Positions 40,549 to 49,730 of a stretch of 64,000 nucleotides of DNA are shown in pieces. Under the pieces are notes generated by a model. That model was not told the DNA's origin. It did not search any database and saw only the letters and a list, made by a program, of their open reading frames with translations. The stretch is from Gemmatimonadota bacterium. Its GTDB lineage: Bacteria > Gemmatimonadota > Gemmatimonadetes > Gemmatimonadales > GWC2-71-9. The first letter of the stretch is position 1. Each line of letters begins with the position of its first letter. The stretch spans positions 1 through 64,000 of the forward strand of contig JBDHAB010000014.1 of the NCBI GenBank assembly GCA_039588295.1. The letters run 5' to 3'. Both the position numbers and the translations under genes were made by a program.

Positions 40549-41222
40549 ACCGGCAACACCCCCGTTACGGGCAACTTCCCCGGCTGCCACAACGGGTCAC
40601 TGGCACTCAGCTTCTCGCCGGCTTTGAACTCGGCGTTCACATGTTTGCCTACGAGCGTCGCGAAGAACTCGTTGTCGAACGCCTGCAACGGACGCACGAC
40701 GACACCTTCGACTCGCGGGCCCCAATGGGAGCGCGTCGAAGCGTAGTAGATAACGCGATCTCGTAGCTCGTCCCCGGTGTCGAAAACGCCGACCTGCATC
40801 AACGGTGCGACGGCACAGTTGAGACGGCCCGCCCACTGATATAGGTACTGCCAGTCGGTCCAGGTTCCGCGCTCGTCGTGACGTGCTCCGATGATGAACA
40901 ACCGCGGAAATTCGTCGCCGACGTACTCGATCGAGTGGACGGCGTAGCACCACTCCGCGAAAATCGAATAACCCTCGGGGATCAAATGCCGAACGTTCGC
41001 GTGGTACGCCTTGAGCTCATTGAACTGGCGTCCCGTCGCGGGTCCCGAATGGGAACGAGCGAACACCTGCTCGTTGGTGAGACAGACGTTGGCGCCGTCC
41101 ATCTTCTCCATGAGGACCACTGGGTAGCCCAGGAACTTGCCCCACCTCTCCATCCGCACGTCGTCGGGCGTCGCGCCCGGCGAGGACGGCAAATGCGCGA
41201 TTCGCGGAAACTTGTCACTCAT
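40545..41222 (-). CDS. RNA ligase family nucleotidyltransferase
   Basis: FPRIAHLP.SPG..DD, EKMDGAN (motif I), ARS, EGVVVR. Confidence 0.8.
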   Translation of the reverse strand: MSDKFPRIAHLPSSPGATPDDVRMERWGKFLGYPVVLMEKMDGANVCLTNEQVFARSHSGPATGRQFNELKAYHANVRHLIPEGYSIFAEWCYAVHSIEYVGDEFPRLFIIGARHDERGTWTDWQYLYQWAGRLNCAVAPLMQVGVFDTGDELRDRVIYYASTRSHWGPRVEGVVVRPLQAFDNEFFATLVGKHVNAEFKAGEKLSASDPLWQPGKLPVTGVLPV

Positions 41223-41297
41223 GGCATAGGAGGCACGGAGCCTCTGCACTTTTTACACAAACCGGGCCCCCAAACTTCACGAAAGAGTAGAAACCCT

Positions 41298-42092
41298 GTG
41301 AGCACCAAGGTCTATACGGCATATCGGGTCCAGAAGGGCGTTGATCCCTTTACGCTGCTTTGGGACCTCAAACAGCGCGGTCAGCTTGAGGCCAAAAAAC
41401 GCCTCAAGTTGATCTTCGACGACATCCTCAACGGCAAAGCGGAGGAAGCTGCCCGCCGAATCCACCAGCAGAATGTGGAGTTCCGCGAGTGGGCCGAAGC
41501 CAACGACCATGAGATCACCAAGGCAAATCTGTTCCCGCTGTTCAATACCTGGGTGGAGGAACACTGCGCGCCCGAGCTCAAGAAAAAGAACGGGGCCGTG
41601 ATGGCAGTGACGCACCAGAAAATCCTGACGGACATCGGACGTGAAGAGGATGCCAAAGGAAACGGTGTGAAAGCGGGTGCCTTCGACATCGACCGATGGA
41701 TCCACCTGAACTACGGCCAGCAGCTCACCAATCTCCAACGGAACCCGTGGGCGCTCGACGTGACGATCACACTGCGTCGGTACCGGACGCGCTACTACAT
41801 CATCCCGTACTGCGACACCGCCTGCGCCGTAACGGGTAGCCTCGACTTCCTCGCCACTGACGAACGGCTGGAGGAGTTCGGGTACTGGGACAACTCCGAC
41901 AAGCCCGACGAAGTGACCGATCATGAATGGGCTTGGCGAAGTACCGTTTGGAACGATCTCACCAAACCCGAGCTATGGGGTCAGTTCGTCGCGGTCGACG
42001 TGGTGAGCTGGACCGGCTACGACGCCGTGAGCCCAGCTCTGGAGATCGCACAAGAGCTGGCACGACCGGAGACGCAGGACGTCCCCGAGTGA
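41298..42092 (+). CDS. Hypothetical protein
   Basis: GTG start STKVYTAYR; YWDNSDKPD motif. Confidence 0.6.
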   Translation: MSTKVYTAYRVQKGVDPFTLLWDLKQRGQLEAKKRLKLIFDDILNGKAEEAARRIHQQNVEFREWAEANDHEITKANLFPLFNTWVEEHCAPELKKKNGAVMAVTHQKILTDIGREEDAKGNGVKAGAFDIDRWIHLNYGQQLTNLQRNPWALDVTITLRRYRTRYYIIPYCDTACAVTGSLDFLATDERLEEFGYWDNSDKPDEVTDHEWAWRSTVWNDLTKPELWGQFVAVDVVSWTGYDAVSPALEIAQELARPETQDVPE

Positions 42093-42428
42093 GATGCGTT
42101 TCGTGAAAAGCGCCCGACGGTAGCTGGCCTATCTGCTCCCCCTCAGTAGATGACGGACAAAGGCAAAGAGACGGACGCGGCGACCAAGGCGAAGTTCGCT
42201 CAGAAGTTCCCGGCCCTCGTACGCAACATCGCAAAAACCGCTGGCGGGGCCCAGGAACAGGCGGACCAATTCGGGGCCAAAGCCGACGCCATCTTCGCGG
42301 GCTACGCGCCCCAAGAGTAGAGATCTCCCCTGGGGGTCATGTGACAAATTTCCGAAGGGGCGTTCTTCGGGGGTTCATGGTCTTTCTGCGGACGTCGCGC
42401 TCAGTCTCCCGGCGGTACAAGTGAAGGT

Positions 42429-42617
42429 ATGGGGATGCCCGCACCTTCCCACGGTCGAGCTCGAAATCGGGCGAAAGAGATCGTGGAATTCTGGCGCAAC
42501 CGAGCATGGCTCTCAGGTAGCTCGGCACCTCTGCATGTTCATCCGCTCGATCTCGACAAGCTCGAAGAGCTGATCGCGACGGCGCTGATTCCCGAGTTCG
42601 ACCCCGACGGGAAGTGA
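42429..42617 (+). CDS. Small hypothetical protein
   Basis: Short ORF. Confidence 0.35.
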   Translation: MGMPAPSHGRARNRAKEIVEFWRNRAWLSGSSAPLHVHPLDLDKLEELIATALIPEFDPDGK

Positions 42618-42618
42618 C

Positions 42619-43356
42619 CTACTCGGTGTCGGTGCCCTTCGTGAGTTCCTCACGCTTGAGCATCGAACGAACCTGTTTGCGCGTGAGAGGGTTCCGACCA
42701 TCCCACGGAAACTCCTTGCTCCACAACAAACCCCATTCGAGGTCCAGTCCTTTGCCGCGCGAGTAGGGCGTCATATCCGACACGGAACGGAAGGTCGTGT
42801 CCCCCTTGGGGTCCACGATGATCCGTGCTCGGGGTTCACCCTTCGTGTAGTAGAAGCCCATGATGCCCGCCGCAGCCTGGTAGATCACGAATTCCTGATT
42901 GTACTTGTGACCGAGTTGGAACAGGTCCTCGGGACGAACATTGTTTACGAGCAAGGAATCATCAGGAACCAGATTCCACTCACCCCGAAGAGGCGACACC
43001 TTGCGGTATCCAAGCCGGCTCAGATCAGCGATGAGCTGTGCACGCAGGATTTTGTTTTTGTCGCCGGACCCACCTTGATTCGCGGAGATAACCCCGAAGC
43101 GTGGACCGTACTCCATCAGCTTCGTGAACTCCTTCTGGTCCATCTGTTTCGTGTCTTGCTTCTTGGCCGCGATGACGTAGAGCAGCGGCTGCAGCGAGTC
43201 ACGAAACTCAGGACGCTCGTTGGCAAGACGGATGATCCGAGAGGACAGCGCAGTGTCGATCGTCCCGACCACGACTGGGCTATTTTCACGCTTCGTGAAA
43301 CTCGTCGCGCCTGGCTCGCGGCCTCCAGGTGAAGTCGGCGTCTTCATCTGCATCAT
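42619..43356 (-). CDS. Hypothetical protein with DUF3293-like region
   Basis: FGVISAN..L..LGY..G.W..S..LGHKYNQE. Confidence 0.55.
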   Translation of the reverse strand: MMQMKTPTSPGGREPGATSFTKRENSPVVVGTIDTALSSRIIRLANERPEFRDSLQPLLYVIAAKKQDTKQMDQKEFTKLMEYGPRFGVISANQGGSGDKNKILRAQLIADLSRLGYRKVSPLRGEWNLVPDDSLLVNNVRPEDLFQLGHKYNQEFVIYQAAAGIMGFYYTKGEPRARIIVDPKGDTTFRSVSDMTPYSRGKGLDLEWGLLWSKEFPWDGRNPLTRKQVRSMLKREELTKGTDTE

Positions 43357-43378
43357 GAAAGGCCCTGGGATAGGACGA

Positions 43379-43726
43379 CTACCGCTCCGAGCGACGCACG
43401 AGGACCGATCCTGCGCTGGAAGTGATCCCACTCCTGGGACGCAAGATCGTGACCTCGGGCATCGTAGGGTTCACCTGAACGACCTCCGGGGCGTCTTTCT
43501 CGGGCTCTTGGAGGTGGCCCAGGACTCCCTTGAGGTGTCGAAGGCGCTCGGTCTCCCCGCGAACGTACTGATCTAGCAGACGAATCCCAAGCTCGCGAGC
43601 TTGGAGCTCCTCCTCCAGCTTGGTCCCAGTTCGGTTCAAAGCACCGGTCAAAGCCCGAATTACGGTCTTGAACTCGTGGCCGGCCAAATCGAGCTGAACA
43701 TGTGGTTTTGGTATGGCGTGACTCAT
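43379..43726 (-). CDS. Hypothetical protein
   Basis: AAGGAG RBS before MSHAIPK. Confidence 0.6.
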   Translation of the reverse strand: MSHAIPKPHVQLDLAGHEFKTVIRALTGALNRTGTKLEEELQARELGIRLLDQYVRGETERLRHLKGVLGHLQEPEKDAPEVVQVNPTMPEVTILRPRSGITSSAGSVLVRRSER

Positions 43727-43837
43727 CGTGAAACTCCTTTCTTGGTAGATGTGCGGGTCGACCCCGAAGTGTAAAAACGGAGTCCAAAAAACATGGGACA
43801 GCTCGACCCCCAACGAGCCGATCTCCCACTTACATAC

Positions 43838-43909
43838 ACACCGGCACGGCCGGTTCTGTTAACCCCTCCCTCAGATAAACACCGGCACGGCCGGTTTTGA
43901 TAACCCCTC
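43838..43909. repeat. Two 31-bp direct repeats with quasi-palindromic core ACCGGCACGGCCGGT
   Basis: 43838-43868 and 43879-43909, 2 mismatches, in a divergent intergenic region. Confidence 0.85.
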
Positions 43910-44117
43910 ACTACTAAGGGGGGTGTCACGGGGCCGAAGCGGACATCGACCCTCACCTTTTCAAGGGGGTCAAGAGACCGGTTTCGTTACCGAGGGCTGC
44001 TCCCTTTCTCCTATGTACGCGACAACGCTGAGAATTGCAGACGTGAGGAAAAAACCGTGCCTGGTGGGTAATGTGACTCCAGGCCCGAGGGGGCCGATCC
44101 AACAGGAGACACACCAC

Positions 44118-44537
44118 ATGCCACAGATCACCATCAAAGAGGCCATCCAGGAAATCGGGAGTCTGACGGACGACAAGCCCATCATCGACATCCTCCGACC
44201 ATGGATGGCGATCACGGGGCTCACGTTCAAAGACGCCCTACACCTGTCACACGGCGAAGCCATCGAGGGGCTGAAAGCCGTCCACAACAAACTCGGTGAA
44301 GTACTCGACGTGCTCGACGAGGACCAGCTTCAAGAAGCTGCGTGTCGGTGCCTCAAGGACATCACCGTGTACGGCGAGATGATGAGTCACGGGGACGTGA
44401 CCGTGCGCCACGGGCAGAATCTCAACTGGGACGGGACGGCGTGGATCTACATCTCCGACCCGAAACTGCGCCAACGCGACTCATCGAAGTCGTACGCCGA
44501 AGCTCTGAAGATCGTTCGCGAGATCGTCGACAGCTAG
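44118..44537 (+). CDS. Hypothetical protein
   Basis: AGGAG RBS before MPQITIK. Confidence 0.65.
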   Translation: MPQITIKEAIQEIGSLTDDKPIIDILRPWMAITGLTFKDALHLSHGEAIEGLKAVHNKLGEVLDVLDEDQLQEAACRCLKDITVYGEMMSHGDVTVRHGQNLNWDGTAWIYISDPKLRQRDSSKSYAEALKIVREIVDS

Positions 44538-45571
44538 GTTCGAAGCAGGTCGTAGGTCAGGGCCCACCAAGTGTCCCAGTCCATCACGGTGTCAGCCGGG
44601 AGCGCATGCTTCGTCTTGAAATCCAAAAGGTAGCTCTCGGTCTTGTCACCCATCAGGCCATCGGGCAAACCGTTCGAGCCGGTGAGCCCCTTGGGCCCGT
44701 ACTTGTGGGACAGCAGGAGCCCCTGCACGCGTGCCACGTAGTCCGAGTAGGATCCCCGTAGGGTGTTCAGGTCGATCTGCTCCGGCGGTCTCGGCCACGA
44801 CACCGGCTCCACGGGCGGTGGCTCGACGCCTTCAGCGTTGGCGAGTTCACGGAGACGTTCGTTGTCTCCGTTGAGACGGTTCACGTCCGCGATGCCACTG
44901 GGGATGCCAGCGATGGGCCCAAACTGCCGGTAGTAGTACGCGTAGTCGCCCCCGCCGCTCCACTGCCACAGAGTCCAATTCCAGTAGGGCTCATCAGGCT
45001 CGTTCTTCGGCATCCGAATCGGGTTCGAATCGGGGTTCGTTCCCTGCGAACTGTACGTGACCTCCCACAACGGCCATGCGTTGAACTGGGTGGTGTTGCT
45101 GACCTCGTACATCCACACGTTCGGGCCCGTGTAGATCATCCCTTCGCGGCCGGTCTCGTTCTGGAGGACATCGAGGAAGCCCTCGATCCACGGGATGTTG
45201 GTGGTGCCGTTCTCGTCGGTGTACTTTTCGAAATCCAGCGCGGGCTCCAAAAAGTCCTCTTGGATCGAGAAGCCAAACTGCTCGGCAGTCTCGTTCAGAA
45301 CCTTGGAGAACCAACGTCCCTCAGTCTCGCCACCGGAACGCCCGGTGCGATTGTCGGGTCGGGCGAAGTGATAGGCCCCTGCGTAGAAGGAGGGATCAGT
45401 CGCCCGGAGCTCGGCGATCTTTTCCATGTTTTCACGAAATCGAGGATCCTCGTAGTCGGCGCCTTCCGTAGCTTTGCAGATACAGAAGCGAAAGCCGTCT
45501 CCTGCGACCTCCGAGAAGTTGATGTTCCCCTGGTGGTGCGCAACGTCCAAACCCTGAATCAATTCGGCCAT
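44534..45571 (-). CDS. Endolysin: GH25 muramidase plus peptidoglycan-binding domain
   Basis: GLDVAHHQG, KATEG, GAYHF, LDFE, WQWS, DVN; C-terminal DGLMGDKT. Confidence 0.9.
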   Translation of the reverse strand: MAELIQGLDVAHHQGNINFSEVAGDGFRFCICKATEGADYEDPRFRENMEKIAELRATDPSFYAGAYHFARPDNRTGRSGGETEGRWFSKVLNETAEQFGFSIQEDFLEPALDFEKYTDENGTTNIPWIEGFLDVLQNETGREGMIYTGPNVWMYEVSNTTQFNAWPLWEVTYSSQGTNPDSNPIRMPKNEPDEPYWNWTLWQWSGGGDYAYYYRQFGPIAGIPSGIADVNRLNGDNERLRELANAEGVEPPPVEPVSWPRPPEQIDLNTLRGSYSDYVARVQGLLLSHKYGPKGLTGSNGLPDGLMGDKTESYLLDFKTKHALPADTVMDWDTWWALTYDLLRT

Positions 45572-45605
45572 CAGTCACCGAGGACCGATAGGCGTATAAT
45601 CAGGG

Positions 45606-46139
45606 ATGGCCGAACCCGCCGAAAATCTGGAACCCTCCGAAGTCACCTACACCACAGGCGACGCGACGAAGCCCGAGGGGGAAGGACTCAAGATCATCGC
45701 CCACTGCTGCAACAACATAGGCGGCTGGGGGAAAGGATTCGTCCTGGCTTTGAGCAAAAAGTGGCCGCGCCCCGAGCAGGAATATCGGGAGTGGTACGAG
45801 CGCCACGGAACTGTGAAATTCCGCAAGATGCTCGGTGCCATGCAGCTCGTCCCCGTCGAGAACGACATCTACGTCGCCAACATCATCGGGCAGCACGGCA
45901 CCGGGGGCGGCGAAAAGCCTCCCATCCGCTACGAAGCAATCGGCAAAGGCTTCAAGTTCATCGCGCAGCACGCCATGGCGCACCCCGAGAAGAAGGTCAG
46001 CGTGCACATGCCACGCATCGGGTGCGCGCTCGCAGGGGGCTCCTGGTCAGAAATCGAAATCCTGATCGACCAGTACTTCGTGACGAACGGAATCCCCGTG
46101 ACCGTCTACGACTGGCCCGGCGGGACGTTCAACCCCTAG
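45606..46139 (+). CDS. Macrodomain (ADP-ribose processing) protein
   Basis: GDAT, HCCNNIGGWGKGF, MPRIGCALAGGSW. Confidence 0.9.
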   Translation: MAEPAENLEPSEVTYTTGDATKPEGEGLKIIAHCCNNIGGWGKGFVLALSKKWPRPEQEYREWYERHGTVKFRKMLGAMQLVPVENDIYVANIIGQHGTGGGEKPPIRYEAIGKGFKFIAQHAMAHPEKKVSVHMPRIGCALAGGSWSEIEILIDQYFVTNGIPVTVYDWPGGTFNP

Positions 46140-46444
46140 TCCTTCCAACCGGTCTCGGGGTCCCAACGCTCGTCGGGCTTGTAGGGACCCCACCCCATGA
46201 TCTCGTTTCGCTTGTTGCACGCCTCGATGTACGAGGATGCCATGAAGCGATGCAGGACGACGTGCCGCTCCTCGAAACTCAACAGCTTGTGGCCACCAGG
46301 CTTCGTCGAACACAGGGAGAGGTTGTTCGGTTCGTCGTCGGGGTCCCCTTTGAGGTATCCCTCGCAGACGAGCCATTCGACCGGTGATCCGTCGTGTTCC
46401 TCGGCAAACCACCGGTCGAATTCAGAGTAGTAGCGGTCGCTCAT
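46136..46444 (-). CDS. Hypothetical protein
   Basis: Overlaps RNase Z stop. Confidence 0.5.
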   Translation of the reverse strand: MSDRYYSEFDRWFAEEHDGSPVEWLVCEGYLKGDPDDEPNNLSLCSTKPGGHKLLSFEERHVVLHRFMASSYIEACNKRNEIMGWGPYKPDERWDPETGWKD

Positions 46445-47289
46445 ACTCGATCCCCTCCATCGAAGAAATGGATTCGATCAAGCATCGCCGCAGGAAACCG
46501 CTTCTTGGCGATCTCCTCGATCTCGGCCCGCTTGTACCGCATGGAGCGGTGACACAACACGAGAGCTTCGCCTTCGAACTTCTCGCAGTGCTCCACCATC
46601 TCAGCGATGTGGGTGTGGCCGAAGTTCCGACACCCTTCGACGTTGTTGAAACCCTCGTCCCAGACGGTGACCTCGTGAACGAGGATCTTGGCCTTGCGGG
46701 CGAGCTCCTGATTGAGCAGGAACTCGATCTGCGTGTCACCGGGAACAGCGAGGATCGGAGCCGTCTTGGCGTCCGTGATCTCGACTCCATTCTTGCGGAG
46801 ACGGCCGAGCTCTTGGCCTTCGACCCCGACGAACTCCGGCTTGATCTTGCGAGTGGTGCGCTCGATGACGTACCCGACCGAGGGTGCACGGTGGATGGTT
46901 TCGAGAACCTGGGCCGTGTACTCCTTGTCGATCTTGATGGAGTCCCCAGGCTTGACGCCCACGACCTCCAATGTGGAGTCAGGATTTCGGTCACCGAACA
47001 AGGTGCCCAACGTGTTGAGCACAGTCTGGACCATCTCCAGGATCTGCTCTGGCACGTAAACGGTCAGAGGAGTCTTTGCACTCCTGGTGCTTCTCTTCCC
47101 CACGATGTGGGGAAGCGCCATGAAGTGGTCGGGGTGACTGTGCGTGATGAAGAAACGATCAGCAGTCACGCCCGGAAGGACGCAGCCGGCATCGAACACC
47201 GAACGCACTTCGGGGCAGTAGACCGAAGTCTGCACGCCTCCTTGCGCAAACCCCTGTAGGGTCACGCCTGCTACGGTGAATTTCTCCAT
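46441..47289 (-). CDS. rnz: Ribonuclease Z (tRNase Z)-like MBL-fold hydrolase
   Basis: THSHPDH, H..PSVGY, GDT, HEVT, H.S.RY motifs and flexible arm. Confidence 0.8.
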   Translation of the reverse strand: MEKFTVAGVTLQGFAQGGVQTSVYCPEVRSVFDAGCVLPGVTADRFFITHSHPDHFMALPHIVGKRSTRSAKTPLTVYVPEQILEMVQTVLNTLGTLFGDRNPDSTLEVVGVKPGDSIKIDKEYTAQVLETIHRAPSVGYVIERTTRKIKPEFVGVEGQELGRLRKNGVEITDAKTAPILAVPGDTQIEFLLNQELARKAKILVHEVTVWDEGFNNVEGCRNFGHTHIAEMVEHCEKFEGEALVLCHRSMRYKRAEIEEIAKKRFPAAMLDRIHFFDGGDRV

Positions 47290-47328
47290 GACGGTACTGC
47301 ACGATGCTCATGTAAATTTTACAGGGAT

Positions 47329-47425
47329 TGGTGCCCAGGGACTGGATTCGAACCAACGACGCACGGTGGTTTAGGACCGCCGCTCTACCACGAAGACCCG
47401 AAAGTCCTCTCTGAGCTACCTGGGC
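47329..47425 (-). tRNA. Atypical tRNA with D-loop hairpin insertion; anticodon ambiguous (8-nt loop, or CUA in an alternative register)
   Basis: GCCCAGG/CCTGGGC acceptor, TTCGAAT T-loop, ACCA end. Confidence 0.6.
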
Positions 47426-47646
47426 AGGTGAGTCGCTCTTTATACGCCAACCGGTTCACCGGTTCGAGGATCGACCCAATACCACCCGATGAACTCCTCC
47501 GGATACATGTAGCCGCGGGCTCGCTGTTCTGGCGTGGGCCGACGTTTCACGTAACCAACCTCGATCAGATGCTCACGGCACCAGATCGATCTGGGCATCG
47601 TTGGGTGGCTACATGCTCTGCAAATCCCGGCATTGTGGTGATCCTT

Positions 47647-47722
47647 TGGTGGTCAGACCTGGAATTGAACCAGGGACACGCGGATTTTCAGTCCACTGCT
47701 CTACCAACTGAGCTACCTGACC
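47647..47722 (-). tRNA. tRNA-Phe(GAA)
   Basis: Cloverleaf, loop CTGAAAA, CCA. Confidence 0.9.
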
Positions 47723-47940
47723 ATACGGGTGGGACGCCGACCAGCCATTTGGCTGACCGGCTCCGTAAAGGTCTCGGTGTTGCGGACAGGCTTGCTATCG
47801 GGTTGCACGGTTCGGCCGCAGCGTACGCATGTACGACTCCCGTCCTCGGCAGTTTTACTGCCGAGCATCCCGTCGTGGTTGCACGCGTGCGTGCGATCGT
47901 AGTGAGTGAAAATTAGTGACATCGTTCTGTTCTTTCGACT

Positions 47941-48018
47941 TGGTGCCTCGGGACGGAATCGAACCGCCACCTTCCCGGCTTCAACGGGACGCTTGCGTAC
48001 CAAGTCAGCTTCCGAGGC
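47941..48018 (-). tRNA. tRNA-Phe(GAA), divergent
   Basis: Loop TTGAAGC, ACCA end. Confidence 0.75.
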
Positions 48019-48074
48019 GTGCAGATATGGCTTAGGCCGGGACGGCTCGCTCCAACAGGAACAAGCAGCCTCGG

Positions 48075-48239
48075 CTAGCTAAACTGCACGCCAACGGCGT
48101 TTTTGGGGTGCGTGACGGGATTTGAACCCGCGACCTCTGCATTCACAGTGCAGCGCTCTACCTGCCGAGCTCCACGCACCATAGGATGGTGATGGTCTTC
48201 GCCCTCAGAGAGGGGCTCGGTATGGAGTTGCGTCAACAT
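48075..48239 (-). CDS. Putative His-sensing leader peptide MLTQLHTEPLSEGEDHHHP..., reading into tRNA-His
   Basis: CAT CAC CAT codons (48186-48194) immediately upstream of tRNA-His; promoter upstream. Confidence 0.55.
   Translation of the reverse strand: MLTQLHTEPLSEGEDHHHPMVRGARQVERCTVNAEVAGSNPVTHPKNAVGVQFS
48104..48180 (-). tRNA. tRNA-His(GTG)
   Basis: G-1:C73, loop CTGTGAA, CCA. Confidence 0.9.
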
Positions 48240-48258
48240 GGTGAACCTTGAGATGGGC

Positions 48259-48286
48259 AGAATACTCGTGTGAGACGCCCTGTCAA
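48259..48286 (-). promoter_or_regulatory. Sigma70-like promoter for His/Phe tRNA unit
   Basis: TTGACA-16-TATTCT. Confidence 0.6.
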
Positions 48287-48335
48287 GAGGAGATGTTCAA
48301 AAACAGGCCCCGACCGGTACGATTACACAGAGGTC

Positions 48336-48710
48336 ATGCGGAACTTCGTCTACTGGAACATCTACGACAAGGTGTTCACCGTCCAGAACCGAGAGACCGG
48401 TCGAGTACGTCGGCACACCCCGAACATCACCCTCCGAGATGTCGATTTTGAGATCGACCAAAAGGAGCGGGAGCGGATGCTCAGAGAAAATCGGAAGACC
48501 CTCCACGCCGGGGTCCGGGGGGAGATCATCCCAACCGACCCGGAAAACCTAGAAGGCTGGACACAGGTGATCTACGACCCCGGCAGACACACCACCTTCG
48601 TCACCATCGAGGACGAGAAGCCGGTGTTCAGAGCCGAGCTCGTGCACATGTTCGTGAAGAACCAGCGAGCCCAGGTCTACGCGAAGGGCCTCACCTACGA
48701 GTTCGTGTAG
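48336..48710 (+). CDS. Hypothetical phage protein
   Basis: VYWN....FTV, LHAGVRG, YDP motifs; GAGG RBS. Confidence 0.65.
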   Translation: MRNFVYWNIYDKVFTVQNRETGRVRRHTPNITLRDVDFEIDQKERERMLRENRKTLHAGVRGEIIPTDPENLEGWTQVIYDPGRHTTFVTIEDEKPVFRAELVHMFVKNQRAQVYAKGLTYEFV

Positions 48711-49028
48711 CTCGCCTTCGGGCGACACTTCCACATCACGTCACGCAGGAGGTGGCGTCGAGTGGGCCTCGTGGTGCATGCCGGGCACGGAGAGGAACGT
48801 CCGGCGCTATGGTGTATGACGAGCTCGTCATCGCAGCGCCAACAGACGACACCCGGAGGGGATGCCATCTCCTCCGGGTGTTCGTAGTCATCCATGAAAT
48901 TGGCGGCCCGGGATCCCGTACAAGGTTGGGCGTCCCCTAGCCCCGAGCGGCCCTCGACATTCCCCGCAAGCCGTCGCCTGCGGGTTCCGTCGGGAGCATC
49001 GTGGGCCTCCCTGGCCATATTGTGTAGG

Positions 49029-49105
49029 TGGTAGCGGGAACGAGATTTGAACTCGTGACCTCCGGGTTATGAGCCCGGCGAGCTACCTGACTGCTCCATC
49101 CCGCA
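49029..49105 (-). tRNA. tRNA-Met(CAT), initiator-like
   Basis: 1-72 mismatch, GGG/CCC anticodon stem. Confidence 0.85.
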
Positions 49106-49231
49106 TCAGGTTGAGAAAATACGAGACCAGCCTGTCACGTCGCCCATCGGCGGCTGTTCTCGGGATTGTGATTTGCTACGAAAGGGGTTCCCCGGGCGCT
49201 CCTGTGAGCGCCGCGCGGGGAGGGAAAAGTT

Positions 49232-49382
49232 GATCAACGCCGAGTGAATAACCTTGAGTTGCGTTTTCACGCCAGATTTACATGTCTGGTGGCTTTACCA
49301 ATTTGCCTATCTGCCCTTAGTGGTGGGCAGAGTTGGACTCGAACCAACAATTGCTTGTGAGATTGTTCTGTTGGCGTTGATC
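49232..49382 (-). ncRNA. Y-RNA-like ncRNA A with circularly permuted tRNA domain
   Basis: Terminal stem GATCAACGCC/GGCGTTGATC enclosing T-arm, loop-closed acceptor stem, D-arm, anticodon-like arm; followed by AACTTTTC. Confidence 0.7.
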
Positions 49383-49390
49383 GAAAAGTT

Positions 49391-49522
49391 ACGAAGCGAC
49401 CGAGTTGAAGAGCTTGTTTGGTTGCAAAGCTGGAATCGAACCAGCGACCTACTGTGTCATTGACAGTTGCTCTAACCGAATGAGCTACTTGCTTGTGAGC
49501 CCTGCTGTGGTGGTTGCTTCGT
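49391..49522 (-). ncRNA. Y-RNA-like ncRNA B: tRNA body enclosed by outer stem
   Basis: ACGAAGCAACC/GGTCGCTTCGT stem, CACAAGC, cloverleaf with non-canonical loop CAATGAC. Confidence 0.7.
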
Positions 49523-49653
49523 GGCGCCGGATCCAGGAGTCGAACCTGGCAGTTGCTTGTAGACATTCACCCGTGAGCTCCCCGGAGGGAGCGAGTGGCG
49601 GTGTCGGATCTAGCCGATCTGAAAAATCGGTGACCCCCACGGGTCAATCCGGC
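49522..49653 (-). ncRNA. tRNA-like ncRNA C with about 60-nt structured variable-arm insert
   Basis: GCCGGAT/ATCCGGC-GCCA acceptor, T-arm, insert ending ACAAGC. Confidence 0.65.
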
Positions 49654-49730
49654 AAGTGGGGTGTTCGCTTGAGGGAGTTCCCTCTTCTCCCCCGAAGGGA
49701 AAGGGCAGCGAAACGGTGCCCTGAAAAAGT

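Noticed and set aside
43838..43909. CRISPR array
   Set aside because: Only two repeats with a 10-bp gap, and no cas genes
47713..47922. Phe-sensing leader before tRNA-Phe
   Set aside because: Only two scattered Phe codons in about 69 aa; looks more like a small CxxC protein
49522..49653. tRNA-Sec or tmRNA call for element C
   Set aside because: The long D-stem is Sec-like but the acceptor is 7 bp and TCA is not centred in the loop; the insert is far too short for tmRNA and no tag ORF is evident
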